Shown here one piece after another: positions 7,328-15,307 of a DNA stretch of 16,592 nt. Under the pieces are notes generated by a model that worked only from the letters and a program-made list of their open reading frames with translations, did no database searches and was not told the origin of the DNA. This DNA is from a virus (Duplodnaviria > Heunggongvirae > Uroviricota > Caudoviricetes). Position numbers and translations under genes: made by a program. The stretch lies in the IMG/VR virus record IMGVR_UViG_2531839664_000015, positions 1-16,592 of that record; one strand, given 5' to 3'. How positions within the stretch are numbered: the first letter of the stretch is position 1; every line of letters begins with the position of its first letter.

Positions 7328-7360
7328 TAATATTTCCTCCGACAAAATCGTTTCTCAGAT

Positions 7361-8023
7361 TCAAATAAAACCAGCTGCCTTCCGGCGTTCGTATTCCTGT
7401 TTCAGCCGTTCAATTGGCGTTGGCCCTTGCGGGTGTTTCGCCCCTTCCAGTTGTCGTCGCACTGGCGGAACACTCATCCCGTTACCAACATGCTTTGCCC
7501 ATTTCGTCAGTTGCCGTTCCGCAAGTCGTTTTAACTCACCTTGCGTCATCTGGCGCTCAATCCCTCTGGTACGCATTTCGAGGCAGATGTGGTACAGCAC
7601 AGGCTGTGGCCACGGGTATTTATCACTCCCGTCGTATCGCCAGGATTCATTGCGCCAGCGCCGGTACTCTTCCATCACGGCATCCACCGTAAGACCAAAT
7701 GGATTTGCCCCACTCTCCGAAATCAGCGCAACAAACTCAGCCAGGTCCGGGGGCCACGTTTCACCCGCCCGGCAGCGGTCCATGCACTGACGGCACACCA
7801 GACGGATTTGCTGTTCAGTCATCGCACCAATCTGGGCAATCCAGAGCTTCGAAGGTGCGGCCCCGTTCTTCTGAGTCCAGCGGTTCGAATACACCTCCCC
7901 CATGAGCTCCCACAGCTTCCAGGCCGTTTCCGTTGCTGATAAATCCGTTGTCACGTTCCCACTGTTCGCGTGCAGCCCGGATTTCCTGAACTGCCCGTGA
8001 TGCCGTGCCACCTGATGCTGCAT
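7361..8023 (-). CDS. lambda P-like replication protein (helicase loader)
   Basis: Central and C-terminal blocks resemble lambda P as recalled (TEQQIRLVCRQ..., WPPDLAEFVALISE, VMEEYRRWRNESWRYDGSDKYPWP); ATG with a G-rich ribosome-binding site; sits directly after the O-like gene. Confidence 0.75.
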   Translation of the reverse strand: MQHQVARHHGQFRKSGLHANSGNVTTDLSATETAWKLWELMGEVYSNRWTQKNGAAPSKLWIAQIGAMTEQQIRLVCRQCMDRCRAGETWPPDLAEFVALISESGANPFGLTVDAVMEEYRRWRNESWRYDGSDKYPWPQPVLYHICLEMRTRGIERQMTQGELKRLAERQLTKWAKHVGNGMSVPPVRRQLEGAKHPQGPTPIERLKQEYERRKAAGFI

Positions 8024-8882
8024 GGCTTCCCCCCTTGCTGACTGGTTTTACCTGTGCCCTGACGTGCTGCACGTGGCGGGCAAATTTCTGCTCCCACTGA
8101 ACCTGCGTGAAAACCTTCCCCTCCGCCATCCAGTAATCCCGGAATGCGGCAAGCTCAGCAGGTGTAAATTCCGGCTCAGGCAGAGCCATACCCCACACTG
8201 CTGCCCGTTGTCGAAAATCCGGCGACGGCTGCCAGACAGTAGTCATCGGAAATTTCCCGATCGGTTCGCTCAGGCCGTCCAGGTATTCAGGTTCGGCTGT
8301 CTGCAACGGCGCACCATTCGACTCACTGGTCGGAATACTCTCGCGCGCGTTATGTGTGGGGTTTAATTCTGTATCTGTATCTTTATCTGTATCTTTATCT
8401 GTATCTTTATCTGTATCTTTATCTGTCGTGACTTGTCGTGACAGATGCGTGACACGTCGTGACTCATCGTGACAATCAGCATTATGTTTCCGCAGCTTTT
8501 CCCGCTCCCGCTGCGCTCTCTTGCGCTCTGCCGGGGATTTTGCCGTTTGCGAAACGTTACCATTGTCCTCTTTCAGCACCTGACGTTTTTCCCATCCGGA
8601 AATAAGGTCACCATCCAGAACCCGCCCCTGCATTGCATGCAAAATTGAATCAATTACGTCTTCCGTCACATCAAGCGCACTTGCTAAATCTTCCGTCGTG
8701 ACATCAATGTGACCACGTAGTGACACGCCGTGACATGTCGTGACATTTCGTGACGCACTCACCAGAAGATGGATATACACTGCCATCACTGTTGCGATTG
8801 GCTGTCCTGATACCCTGGCAATCGTTCGCCACTTGGGGTCATTTGGCATGTCATGCCACAATCTGAGCCAGGCATTAGCCAT
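7815..8882 (-). CDS. lambda O-like replication initiator with internal origin repeats
   Basis: 355 aa from the first ATG (the track start at 8888 is GTG). Sits immediately upstream of the P-like gene and contains phased iteron arrays and an AT-rich tandem repeat, as in ori-lambda; the repeat encodes a TDKDTDKD linker. Confidence 0.7.
   Translation of the reverse strand: MANAWLRLWHDMPNDPKWRTIARVSGQPIATVMAVYIHLLVSASRNVTTCHGVSLRGHIDVTTEDLASALDVTEDVIDSILHAMQGRVLDGDLISGWEKRQVLKEDNGNVSQTAKSPAERKRAQREREKLRKHNADCHDESRRVTHLSRQVTTDKDTDKDTDKDTDKDTDTELNPTHNARESIPTSESNGAPLQTAEPEYLDGLSEPIGKFPMTTVWQPSPDFRQRAAVWGMALPEPEFTPAELAAFRDYWMAEGKVFTQVQWEQKFARHVQHVRAQVKPVSKGGSHAASGGTASRAVQEIRAAREQWERDNGFISNGNGLEAVGAHGGGVFEPLDSEERGRTFEALDCPDWCDD
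8370..8423. repeat. AT-rich tandem repeat (hexamer TGTATC, then 4 copies of 12-bp unit TGTATCTTTATC); candidate DNA-unwinding element of the origin
   Basis: Direct reading: tgtatc + (tgtatctttatc) x4, lying next to the iteron array. Confidence 0.8.
8424..8473. repeat. iteron array 1: five CGTGAC direct repeats at 10-11 bp phasing (candidate ori iterons)
   Basis: CGTGAC begins at 8427, 8437, 8448, 8458 and 8468. Confidence 0.8.
8696..8753. repeat. iteron array 2: six GTGAC(A) direct repeats at 10-11 bp phasing
   Basis: GTGAC begins at 8697, 8708, 8719, 8729, 8739 and 8749, inside the 5' part of the O-like gene. Confidence 0.75.
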
Positions 8883-8950
8883 ACTCACCTCTTCTGATAC
8901 CGAACTTTACCCTCGAACATCCGGAAGAAATCCGGCATGAATATTGTTGG

Positions 8951-9376
8951 TCAATGCACGACAACAGCATTACCAGGCTGCCCCCCACTGTTAGTCAGGG
9001 TGCCCCAGGCGATCGCCGCTGCGACAAAATCATCCACATCTTTCACCAGCCGATCCCTCCGTTCGACGATCTCACGGTAATATTCAGAGCTGTGACTGCG
9101 CATACGGGCCACCAGCAGAGGCGGCATTGCCTTTTCGATCGCCGGTAACAGAGCCTGCATTTTTTCAACTGCATCAGGGGTGTCTTTCTCTATCCAGCGG
9201 AAAATTTTCTGGGTATTGCGAGCCAGGGCTTCCGGATGGCTGTCGTCGTACAGTTCAGGAAACGTCATACCCAACTCAAAATAAGCCTGGGTTATTCCAG
9301 CTGCCGGAACTTTTTCGCCATCAGGACGCGCCCAGGCATTCATCGCCATGCGGATGTGTTCATGCTTGATTTTCAT
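8951..9376 (-). CDS. ydaT: YdaT-family protein (cII-slot protein of Rac-type immunity regions)
   Basis: 141 aa from the ATG with a GGGGGGA ribosome-binding site; MKIKHEHIRMAMNAWARPDGEKVPAAGITQAYFELGMTFPELYDDSHPEALARNTQKIFRW... closely matches Rac YdaT as recalled. Confidence 0.85.
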   Translation of the reverse strand: MKIKHEHIRMAMNAWARPDGEKVPAAGITQAYFELGMTFPELYDDSHPEALARNTQKIFRWIEKDTPDAVEKMQALLPAIEKAMPPLLVARMRSHSSEYYREIVERRDRLVKDVDDFVAAAIAWGTLTNSGGQPGNAVVVH

Positions 9377-9602
9377 GAATCCCCCCTTGGTTAGAAGGCG
9401 GATTATGATCAGAATCGGGAATGACAACCGTCGGTATGTGTAACTCATATTTGAGCGCCCCGGCAGTGACTGCCTGAATTAGCAACGCCCATTTCCACGG
9501 AACGTCTTCCCCCCACATGCTGACTGTGGTTTTTGACGTTCCTAGAGCGGCGGCTGTTTTAACAACTCCGCCAAAATAGCCTAATACTTCTGATTTTTTC
9601 AT
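9360..9602 (-). CDS. Cro/YdaS-like helix-turn-helix regulator (80 aa)
   Basis: First gene of the minus-strand early operon, divergent from cI; helix-turn-helix segment VVKTAAALGTSKTTVSMWG; overlaps the ydaT start by 17 nt. Confidence 0.7.
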   Translation of the reverse strand: MKKSEVLGYFGGVVKTAAALGTSKTTVSMWGEDVPWKWALLIQAVTAGALKYELHIPTVVIPDSDHNPPSNQGGIHENQA

Positions 9603-9693
9603 GAGTCGCTCCATAAAACTGAACGCCAAAAGTTTAATAATCAAAACCAAAGAAAGTCAAGAAACAAAACCATCTGTGTTTTAAAATCAAAAC
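9603..9693. promoter_or_regulatory. divergent immunity control region (OR-like) with 18-bp palindrome TGTTTT-N6-AAAACA at 9677-9694
   Basis: 91-bp AT-rich intergenic region between divergent cro-like and cI-like genes; a perfect inverted repeat overlaps the cI start; a second partial palindrome AAAACT-N10-AGTTT lies at about 9616-9636. Confidence 0.5.
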
Positions 9694-10332
9694 ATGAACA
9701 AGCAAACAATATCTGAACGCATAACCCAACGTATGCATGCGCTAAACTTGAAAGGCAAAGACCTTGTCAATGCCACTGGCGCATCAAAAGGCTCCGTAAG
9801 TCAATGGATGAACGGTGGAGGAGCGCCGTCCTCGCGTTACATAAGTTCACTGGCAAAGATATTGAAAGTAAACGAAAATTGGCTTCTTAATGGAGGAGAG
9901 TTAAATACAGGTGATTCGCTTGATCTATCTTTACCGCCGATAAAAACGGTTCCGCTACTATCACTTCAGCAGGCAGCAAGCTGGAGTGATTATATGAAAA
10001 ATTCCTCAATAACCTCTTGTGTGCAGCTTGTCGGAGAAATCCCGGCCAATACCTTTGCTGTTGTTCTAGAGAGTGACAGTATGTCGACATCTGGTGGTGG
10101 AGTTTCCATCCCAAATGGTTCAACAGTTTTTGTTGATCCCGATCGAATCGTACAACCAGGAAATATTGTCCTTGCCTTACCCAAAGGGACCACAACGCCT
10201 GTCATTCGCAAACTGGAGATAGAAGGGCCGGATATTCTTTTAGTCCCCACGAATCCTCGCTACCCTTCAATTATGCTGGATGATCTATCTTGCATATTGG
10301 GAGTATGCTTTAAAATTCAACAAGATATTTAA
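9694..10332 (+). CDS. CI-like phage repressor (N-terminal helix-turn-helix plus C-terminal S24 LexA-like peptidase domain)
   Basis: 212 aa; helix-turn-helix LKGKDLVNATGASKGSVSQW; S24 motifs (AVVLESDSMS with the Ser nucleophile, downstream Lys in IRKLE). Confidence 0.9.
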   Translation: MNKQTISERITQRMHALNLKGKDLVNATGASKGSVSQWMNGGGAPSSRYISSLAKILKVNENWLLNGGELNTGDSLDLSLPPIKTVPLLSLQQAASWSDYMKNSSITSCVQLVGEIPANTFAVVLESDSMSTSGGGVSIPNGSTVFVDPDRIVQPGNIVLALPKGTTTPVIRKLEIEGPDILLVPTNPRYPSIMLDDLSCILGVCFKIQQDI

Positions 10333-10396
10333 CCAACCTCATCTATTTGATTAACTGTATGCCATCGTAGTGATGGCGTAACAGCTGCCTGCTTAA

Positions 10397-10445
10397 AATG
10401 TTTTGATAAAAAAACATTGACCTTAAATGTTCGTTTTTCTAAACT
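10397..10445 (+). promoter_or_regulatory. putative PL-like promoter (-35 TTGACC, 17-bp spacer, -10 TAAACT) overlapped by a second copy of the palindrome (10399-10416)
   Basis: Sigma-70-like hexamers at 10417-10422 and 10440-10445; the palindrome is identical in half-sites and spacing to the one at 9677-9694; a third AATGTT lies in the spacer. Confidence 0.4.
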
Positions 10446-10624
10446 TCATTCATTCCCTCACCCCGCCCCACAGAATGCAGGGCAATACTTCGAGTTACCA
10501 GGCAGTGGTCAGGGGTTAAGTAGCCAGCCCGAGGCGTAAGAACATGACGGCAGGGTTCAACTTTAATAACTATGCAGCAGGTTTTTGTTCCGCTACCCCG
10601 GCGTTAAGGGGAAATGAGGTCAAC

Positions 10625-10777
10625 ATGGATACGCTCAATCTTGGCAACAACGAATCTCTGGTATGTGGCGTGTTCCCCAACCAGGACGGTACGTTCACCG
10701 CGATGACGTATACCAAAAGCAAAACGTTTAAAACTGAAGCTGGCGCGCGTCGCTGGTTAGCCAGAAACACTGACTGA
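10625..10777 (+). CDS. small hypothetical protein (50 aa)
   Basis: ATG with GAGG at 5-nt spacing; stop overlaps the next ORF (TGATG). The 77-aa track ORF has no RBS at its first ATG. Confidence 0.5.
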   Translation: MDTLNLGNNESLVCGVFPNQDGTFTAMTYTKSKTFKTEAGARRWLARNTD

Positions 10778-10788
10778 TGAGGTTGACG

Positions 10789-11427
10789 ATGGAATTTAAA
10801 GATTTACCTCCTTCAATCCAGGAGATTGCAGCACACACACTTCGTCATCGTCTGAACGAACTTGAATTGGAATCGGTAACGAAAAAAGACACTGATAATA
10901 TGGCTCGTAATGTGCGCGATGCGTTTACCGGATTGTATTTCTGTGCGTCTATAAATAAACACGACTCAGAGAGTGTGGCAAATAAAATTGCAGAAACGAC
11001 AGCGCAAAACATCAATACGAAACCAACGGAAGAAGAAATTGATCAGTTTGCTCATGATGCTGGTTTAAAAAACAAGAAAGAAAAATCGCCATATGCGGGG
11101 AACATGTTTGTTTATGACAATCTCATCAGAATTCGTGGCGAAATTCCGGCGGAATACCTGGCAAGAGTCCATCAGGCATTGCTTAAAAATTTGGAAACAG
11201 AATTATTTGATGGCAACACTAACGGTTTCTTCATGGTATCAGGCCTTGAGAAAGACTGGGATGCAGAAAAACGCTGGAATGTTGCTACATGGTTATTCAG
11301 TAACAGAGCCGCTGCACTGGAAGCTTCGGCATGTATTTGCGGCCTGTTCTTAACAGACCACAAATATAATCTGGATGTGTACAGTTATATTTACGCTGAA
11401 CACGGTCCACTCTGGATTGACTGGTAA
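10789..11427 (+). CDS. hypothetical protein (212 aa), unknown function; cargo next to the immunity region
   Basis: ATG with GAGG at 6-nt spacing (the track start at 10777 has no RBS); translationally coupled to the 50-aa ORF; no recognisable motifs. Confidence 0.6.
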   Translation: MEFKDLPPSIQEIAAHTLRHRLNELELESVTKKDTDNMARNVRDAFTGLYFCASINKHDSESVANKIAETTAQNINTKPTEEEIDQFAHDAGLKNKKEKSPYAGNMFVYDNLIRIRGEIPAEYLARVHQALLKNLETELFDGNTNGFFMVSGLEKDWDAEKRWNVATWLFSNRAAALEASACICGLFLTDHKYNLDVYSYIYAEHGPLWIDW

Positions 11428-11637
11428 TTATAAGGAAACACCAGCAGGGCCGCGGCGACCAACAGAACGATTAAAATCAATAATGCCATTATAAAGGACA
11501 TTATTTAATTTATCGTCGAATGCTGATTCTGTGAGCCTCAACTCTGAATGAGTTTTTAATAACCCTGATTGCCTGAGTTGATTTACCAGGCATTCAATCT
11601 GTTTTTCAATAAGCGGATTTCTTTTTTTGTTTGGCAT
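11428..11637 (-). CDS. hypothetical small protein (69 aa), opposite in orientation to the surrounding operon
   Basis: Internal ATG with GGAGGA at 5-nt spacing; converges tail-to-tail with the 212-aa gene (stops adjacent). Confidence 0.45.
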   Translation of the reverse strand: MPNKKRNPLIEKQIECLVNQLRQSGLLKTHSELRLTESAFDDKLNNVLYNGIIDFNRSVGRRGPAGVSL

Positions 11638-12201
11638 TTTATCCTCCATTGAGGTTCTGGGTTAAAAATGGAGACCAACACGCTGTCACGTGTGGTCGTG
11701 CGCCGGACACGGATAAGAATCCGGTACTGACAGTTTACTGAAAGGATATTTCCCTGAAAAGTCAGTGCATAACGCGAAAGCGTACGGCGAAGCTCTTTCC
11801 CTTAGAAGGCTTGTCGTTAGATTTCTTCGAACGTGCGCTTCCGGTTGTGGCACTCCGCGAAATGGCGCGGCGGTAAGTATGGCGGGGTTATTCCTTCCCC
11901 ATTGAGGACACCGGGTTGTCAGGTTGACCATACGCTTAAGTGACAACCCCGCTGCAACGCCCTCTGTTATCAATTTTCTGGTGACGTTTGGCGGTATCAG
12001 TTTTACTCCGTGGCTGCTCTGCCGCCCTTTTTAAAGTGAATTTTGTGATGCGGTGAATGCGGCTAAGCGCACGCGGAACAGTTAAAACCAAAAACAGTGT
12101 TATGGGTGGATTCTCTGTATCCGGCGTTAATTGTTAACTGGTTAACGTCACCTGGAGGCACCAGGCACTGCATCACAAAATTCATTGTTGAGGACGCGAT
12201 A

Positions 12202-12390
12202 ATGGAAACGTTATTACCAAACGTTAATACGTCTGAAGGTTGTTTTGATATTGGTGTTCTGCTCAGTAACCGGGAGTTTACTGAAGATGCCATTAACATG
12301 AGGAAATATGAGCCTTATCTGCTCAATGATAATTCCATACTTTCCCGAATTGCTCTTCTTGAACTTGGTATTTTCGGAGAACGTCAATGA
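12202..12390 (+). CDS. small hypothetical protein (62 aa)
   Basis: ATG at 12202 with GAGGA at 7-nt spacing, shorter than the track ORF. Confidence 0.45.
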   Translation: METLLPNVNTSEGCFDIGVLLSNREFTEDAINMRKYEPYLLNDNSILSRIALLELGIFGERQ

Positions 12391-12575
12391 CTTCAGCATT
12401 TGCACTGATGATGACGGTTTTTCTTATAACGGGTGAATCACAGAATGTGATTACCGGAATTTATGCCAGTAAAGAATCCTGCCTCCAGGCAAGAGACGAG
12501 CAAAAAATTTCTGGTGAATGCCTCCCGGTAAAAAAAGTATCGCTGTACCTGAATAACGAAACACCGGCTGGATAA
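12387..12575 (+). CDS. small hypothetical protein (62 aa) with hydrophobic N-terminus
   Basis: ATGA overlap with the preceding ORF (translational coupling); N-terminal MTSAFALMMTVFLITG is signal or transmembrane-like. Confidence 0.45.
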   Translation: MTSAFALMMTVFLITGESQNVITGIYASKESCLQARDEQKISGECLPVKKVSLYLNNETPAG

Positions 12576-12667
12576 CCCTCCAGCCATATTAACACCATAC
12601 CAACGGATTAAAAATGCCAGCAATGGCAGGGATTTGTTCACCCTTAAATCTGTAATGAGGTTTATCA

Positions 12668-15130
12668 ATGAGCACTGATAAAGAAGAATTTGCGCTATAT
12701 TGCGAAGCAAAAAATGACAAAGTCAGAAAACGTCTGGGAATTAAAGGTGGTTTTTACTGGACTACAGCAAAAAAATTATCTGTTGCCATCTCCCGCTGCA
12801 TTACCGCAATGGATGACAACGATTATGATGAAGACGACTTTAAAAAACCCGTTCGCGTCCATTTACCCGTTGTGAATGACCTTCCACCTGAAGGCGTGTT
12901 TGATACCGAATTCTGCAACCGATACGAAAAAGGCGGGGAAGATGGCATTACAATGGTATTTATCGCGCCCTCTCCCTCCGTGCAGGAGAAACCAGCCAGT
13001 ACTGACAATACCAACGTCAACGGCGAAGACATGACGGAGATTGAGGAGAATATGCTCCTGCCGGTTTCTGGTCAGGAGCTGCCCATTCGCTGGCTTGCGC
13101 AACACGGCAGCGAAAAACCAGTAACGCACGTTGCACGGGAAGAACTTCAGGCATTACATATAGCACGGGCGGAAGAACTGCCGGCTGTTACTGCCCTGGC
13201 CATTTCTCACAAAACAAAGCTGCTCGACCCGCTGGAGATTCGCGACCTTCACAAACTGGTACGCGACACTGACAAAGTTTTCCCTAATCCCGGTAATTCA
13301 GACCTGGGACTGATAACTGCTTTTTTCGAGGCATACCTGGACGCTGACTACACTGATCGGGGTCTGCTGACAAAAGAGTGGATGAAAGGAAATCGTGTTT
13401 CGCGTATCACCCGTACGGCTTCCGGTGCAAATGCCGGTGGCGGGAACAAAACCGATCGCAATCCGAATTTAGTACACACCTTCGATACGCTGGATGTGGA
13501 GATTGCAGCAGCCACACTTCCGATGGATTTTAATATTTATGAAATTCCGGGCAGCGTTTATCGTCGCGCAAAAGAAATCGTCCTGAAAAGAGAAAGTCCG
13601 TTCAAAGAATGGTCCGCAGCACTTCGCGCAACCCCGGGTATTCTGGACTATTCCCGCGCCGCTATTTTTGCACTTATCCGGAGCGCTCACCCTGAGTTTT
13701 ATCACTACCCGGGACGCCTTCAGGGGTATATCAACGCCTACTTAACGGAGACTGATCACGAGAACCCCAGCAAGGAAACTCTCACTGCTGCACGACATAC
13801 ACCGGAAAAAGATATCCTGGAAGAAGTTAACCGCGAACTGTCTGCTAAGCAGGAAACAGAAGAAGAAGAAAATGATGAAGAAAAACCGCAACCATCTTGC
13901 GCAATGGCAGATGAACAGGCAACGGCTGAAACAGTGGAACCGGATGCAACTGAACATCATCAGGACACGCAGCCGCTGGATGCTCAGTCACAGGTAAATT
14001 CTGTTGATGCGAAATATCAGAAACTGCGGGCAGAACTCCATGAAGCCCGGAAAAACATTCCGCCCCAAAATCCTGTCGATGCAGACAAATTACTGGCTGC
14101 CTCTCGCGGAGAATTTGTTGAAGGGATTAGCGACCCGAATGATCCGAAATGGATTAAGGGGATCCAGACCCGCGATTCTGTGTACCAGAACCAGCAAGAA
14201 ACGGAACAGAACGACCAGAAAGCGGAACAAAACAGCCCAAATGCGTTACAAAACGAGCCAGAAACGAAACAGCCTGAACCAGTGGCGCAACAGGAAGTGG
14301 AAAAAGTCTGCACCGCCTGCGGTCAGACCGGCGGCGGCAACTGCCCTGATTGTGGCGCGGTGATGGGCGACGCAACATACCAGGAAACCTTCGATGACAA
14401 GAACCTGGTTGAAGTTCAGGAAGACGATTCGGAGAAAATGGAAGGCGCTGAACATCCACACAAGGAGAATGCTGGCAGCGCTCAGGACCACGCCAGCGAT
14501 AGTGAAACTGGCGAGACGGCAGATCCCTTAATTACGGTGAACGGTCATCACGTTATCACATCCACCAGCAGGACGTGTGACCATCTAATGATCGACCTTG
14601 AAACCATGGGAAAAAATCCTGATGCCCCGATTATCTCAATAGGTGCAATATTTTTCGATCCGCAAACCGGAGATATGGGACCGGAATTTAGTAAGACTAT
14701 CGATCTGGAAACTGCTGGCGGAGTCATTGATCGGGACACCATTAAATGGTGGCTTAAGCAATCACGCGAAGCGCAATCTGCCATTATGACCGATGAAATC
14801 CCGTTAGATGATGCACTGTTACAATTGCGGGAATTTATCGACGAAAACTCCGGTGAATTTTTTGTTCAGGTCTGGGGAAATGGAGCCAACTTCGACAACA
14901 CGATTTTGCGCCGTTCATACGAACGGCAGGGGATCCCCTGCCCGTGGCGTTACTACAACGATCGCGATGTGCGCACAATCGTTGAGCTGGGGAAAGCCAT
15001 AGACTTCGATGCCAGAACGGCTATTCCATTCGAAGGTGAGCGCCATAATGCACTTGATGACGCCCGTTACCAGGCAAAATACGTTTCAGTTATCTGGCAA
15101 AAACTGATCCCGAGTCAGGCTGATTCTTAA
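12668..15130 (+). CDS. RecE-like (exodeoxyribonuclease VIII-like) protein with C-terminal DEDDh/DnaQ-like 3'-5' exonuclease domain
   Basis: 820 aa; ATG with an AATGAGG ribosome-binding site. N-terminal and central segments resemble the non-catalytic region of Rac RecE as recalled; acidic linker; CxxC...CxxC zinc-ribbon ([16 protein letters not shown]). The C-terminal ~190 aa carry the three DEDDh motifs DLETMG, GNGANFD and HNALDDA. Confidence 0.8.
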   Translation: MSTDKEEFALYCEAKNDKVRKRLGIKGGFYWTTAKKLSVAISRCITAMDDNDYDEDDFKKPVRVHLPVVNDLPPEGVFDTEFCNRYEKGGEDGITMVFIAPSPSVQEKPASTDNTNVNGEDMTEIEENMLLPVSGQELPIRWLAQHGSEKPVTHVAREELQALHIARAEELPAVTALAISHKTKLLDPLEIRDLHKLVRDTDKVFPNPGNSDLGLITAFFEAYLDADYTDRGLLTKEWMKGNRVSRITRTASGANAGGGNKTDRNPNLVHTFDTLDVEIAAATLPMDFNIYEIPGSVYRRAKEIVLKRESPFKEWSAALRATPGILDYSRAAIFALIRSAHPEFYHYPGRLQGYINAYLTETDHENPSKETLTAARHTPEKDILEEVNRELSAKQETEEEENDEEKPQPSCAMADEQATAETVEPDATEHHQDTQPLDAQSQVNSVDAKYQKLRAELHEARKNIPPQNPVDADKLLAASRGEFVEGISDPNDPKWIKGIQTRDSVYQNQQETEQNDQKAEQNSPNALQNEPETKQPEPVAQQEVEKVCTACGQTGGGNCPDCGAVMGDATYQETFDDKNLVEVQEDDSEKMEGAEHPHKENAGSAQDHASDSETGETADPLITVNGHHVITSTSRTCDHLMIDLETMGKNPDAPIISIGAIFFDPQTGDMGPEFSKTIDLETAGGVIDRDTIKWWLKQSREAQSAIMTDEIPLDDALLQLREFIDENSGEFFVQVWGNGANFDNTILRRSYERQGIPCPWRYYNDRDVRTIVELGKAIDFDARTAIPFEGERHNALDDARYQAKYVSVIWQKLIPSQADS

Positions 15131-15201
15131 TGTTCAACTGTCGCCGGTTGTGACTGGTATTCTGCAACCGGCGCTCGTCTGATGTAAGAGATAAAGAAGC
15201 G

Positions 15202-15243
15202 ATGAGCGAAGTAATCATGATTGTCTCTCCCGGCAAATGGGTA
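15202..15243 (+). pseudogene. 5' fragment (14 codons) of a small ORF interrupted by the IS element
   Basis: ATG at 15202 (MSEVIMIVSPGKWV) runs into the IS left end; the same frame continues after the IS (SEEQLIALKGIKKGTLKKAREKSFMEG...) once one copy of the GTA duplication is removed. Confidence 0.5.
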
Positions 15244-15307
15244 TGAGGTAGCCTGAGTTTAACGGACACTCCTTCCTGAAATAGAATGGCATCAGAAGGA
15301 GCTAATA

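Noticed and set aside
7191-8366. Plus-strand ORFs (7191-7790, 7414-7692, 7541-7939, 7699-7905, 8022-8366) across the O/P region.
   Set aside because: Antisense shadow ORFs over the P-like and O-like genes; Pro/Arg/Ser-rich, no start context.
8370-8475. Possible CRISPR array, because of the regular short repeats.
   Set aside because: Units are 6-12 bp with no unique spacers and lie inside a coding gene; the pattern fits origin iterons and an AT-rich tandem repeat, not repeat-spacer architecture.
10361-10377. Hairpin GCCATC-GTAGT-GATGGC after the cI stop, considered as a terminator.
   Set aside because: No U-tract follows it, so it is not a convincing intrinsic terminator; it may be a structural or binding element.
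11686-12299. Minus-strand ORFs 11686-11973 (95 aa) and 12063-12299 (78 aa).
   Set aside because: No ribosome-binding site, atypical composition, and the second overlaps a better-supported plus-strand small ORF; the region is more likely non-coding or regulatory.
12690-14784. Internal ORFs on both strands within the recE-like gene (for example 12823-13129, 13469-13960, 14004-14491, 14548-14784).
   Set aside because: Fully embedded in the 820-aa ORF, which has a clear start and coherent domain structure; their translations are low-complexity.
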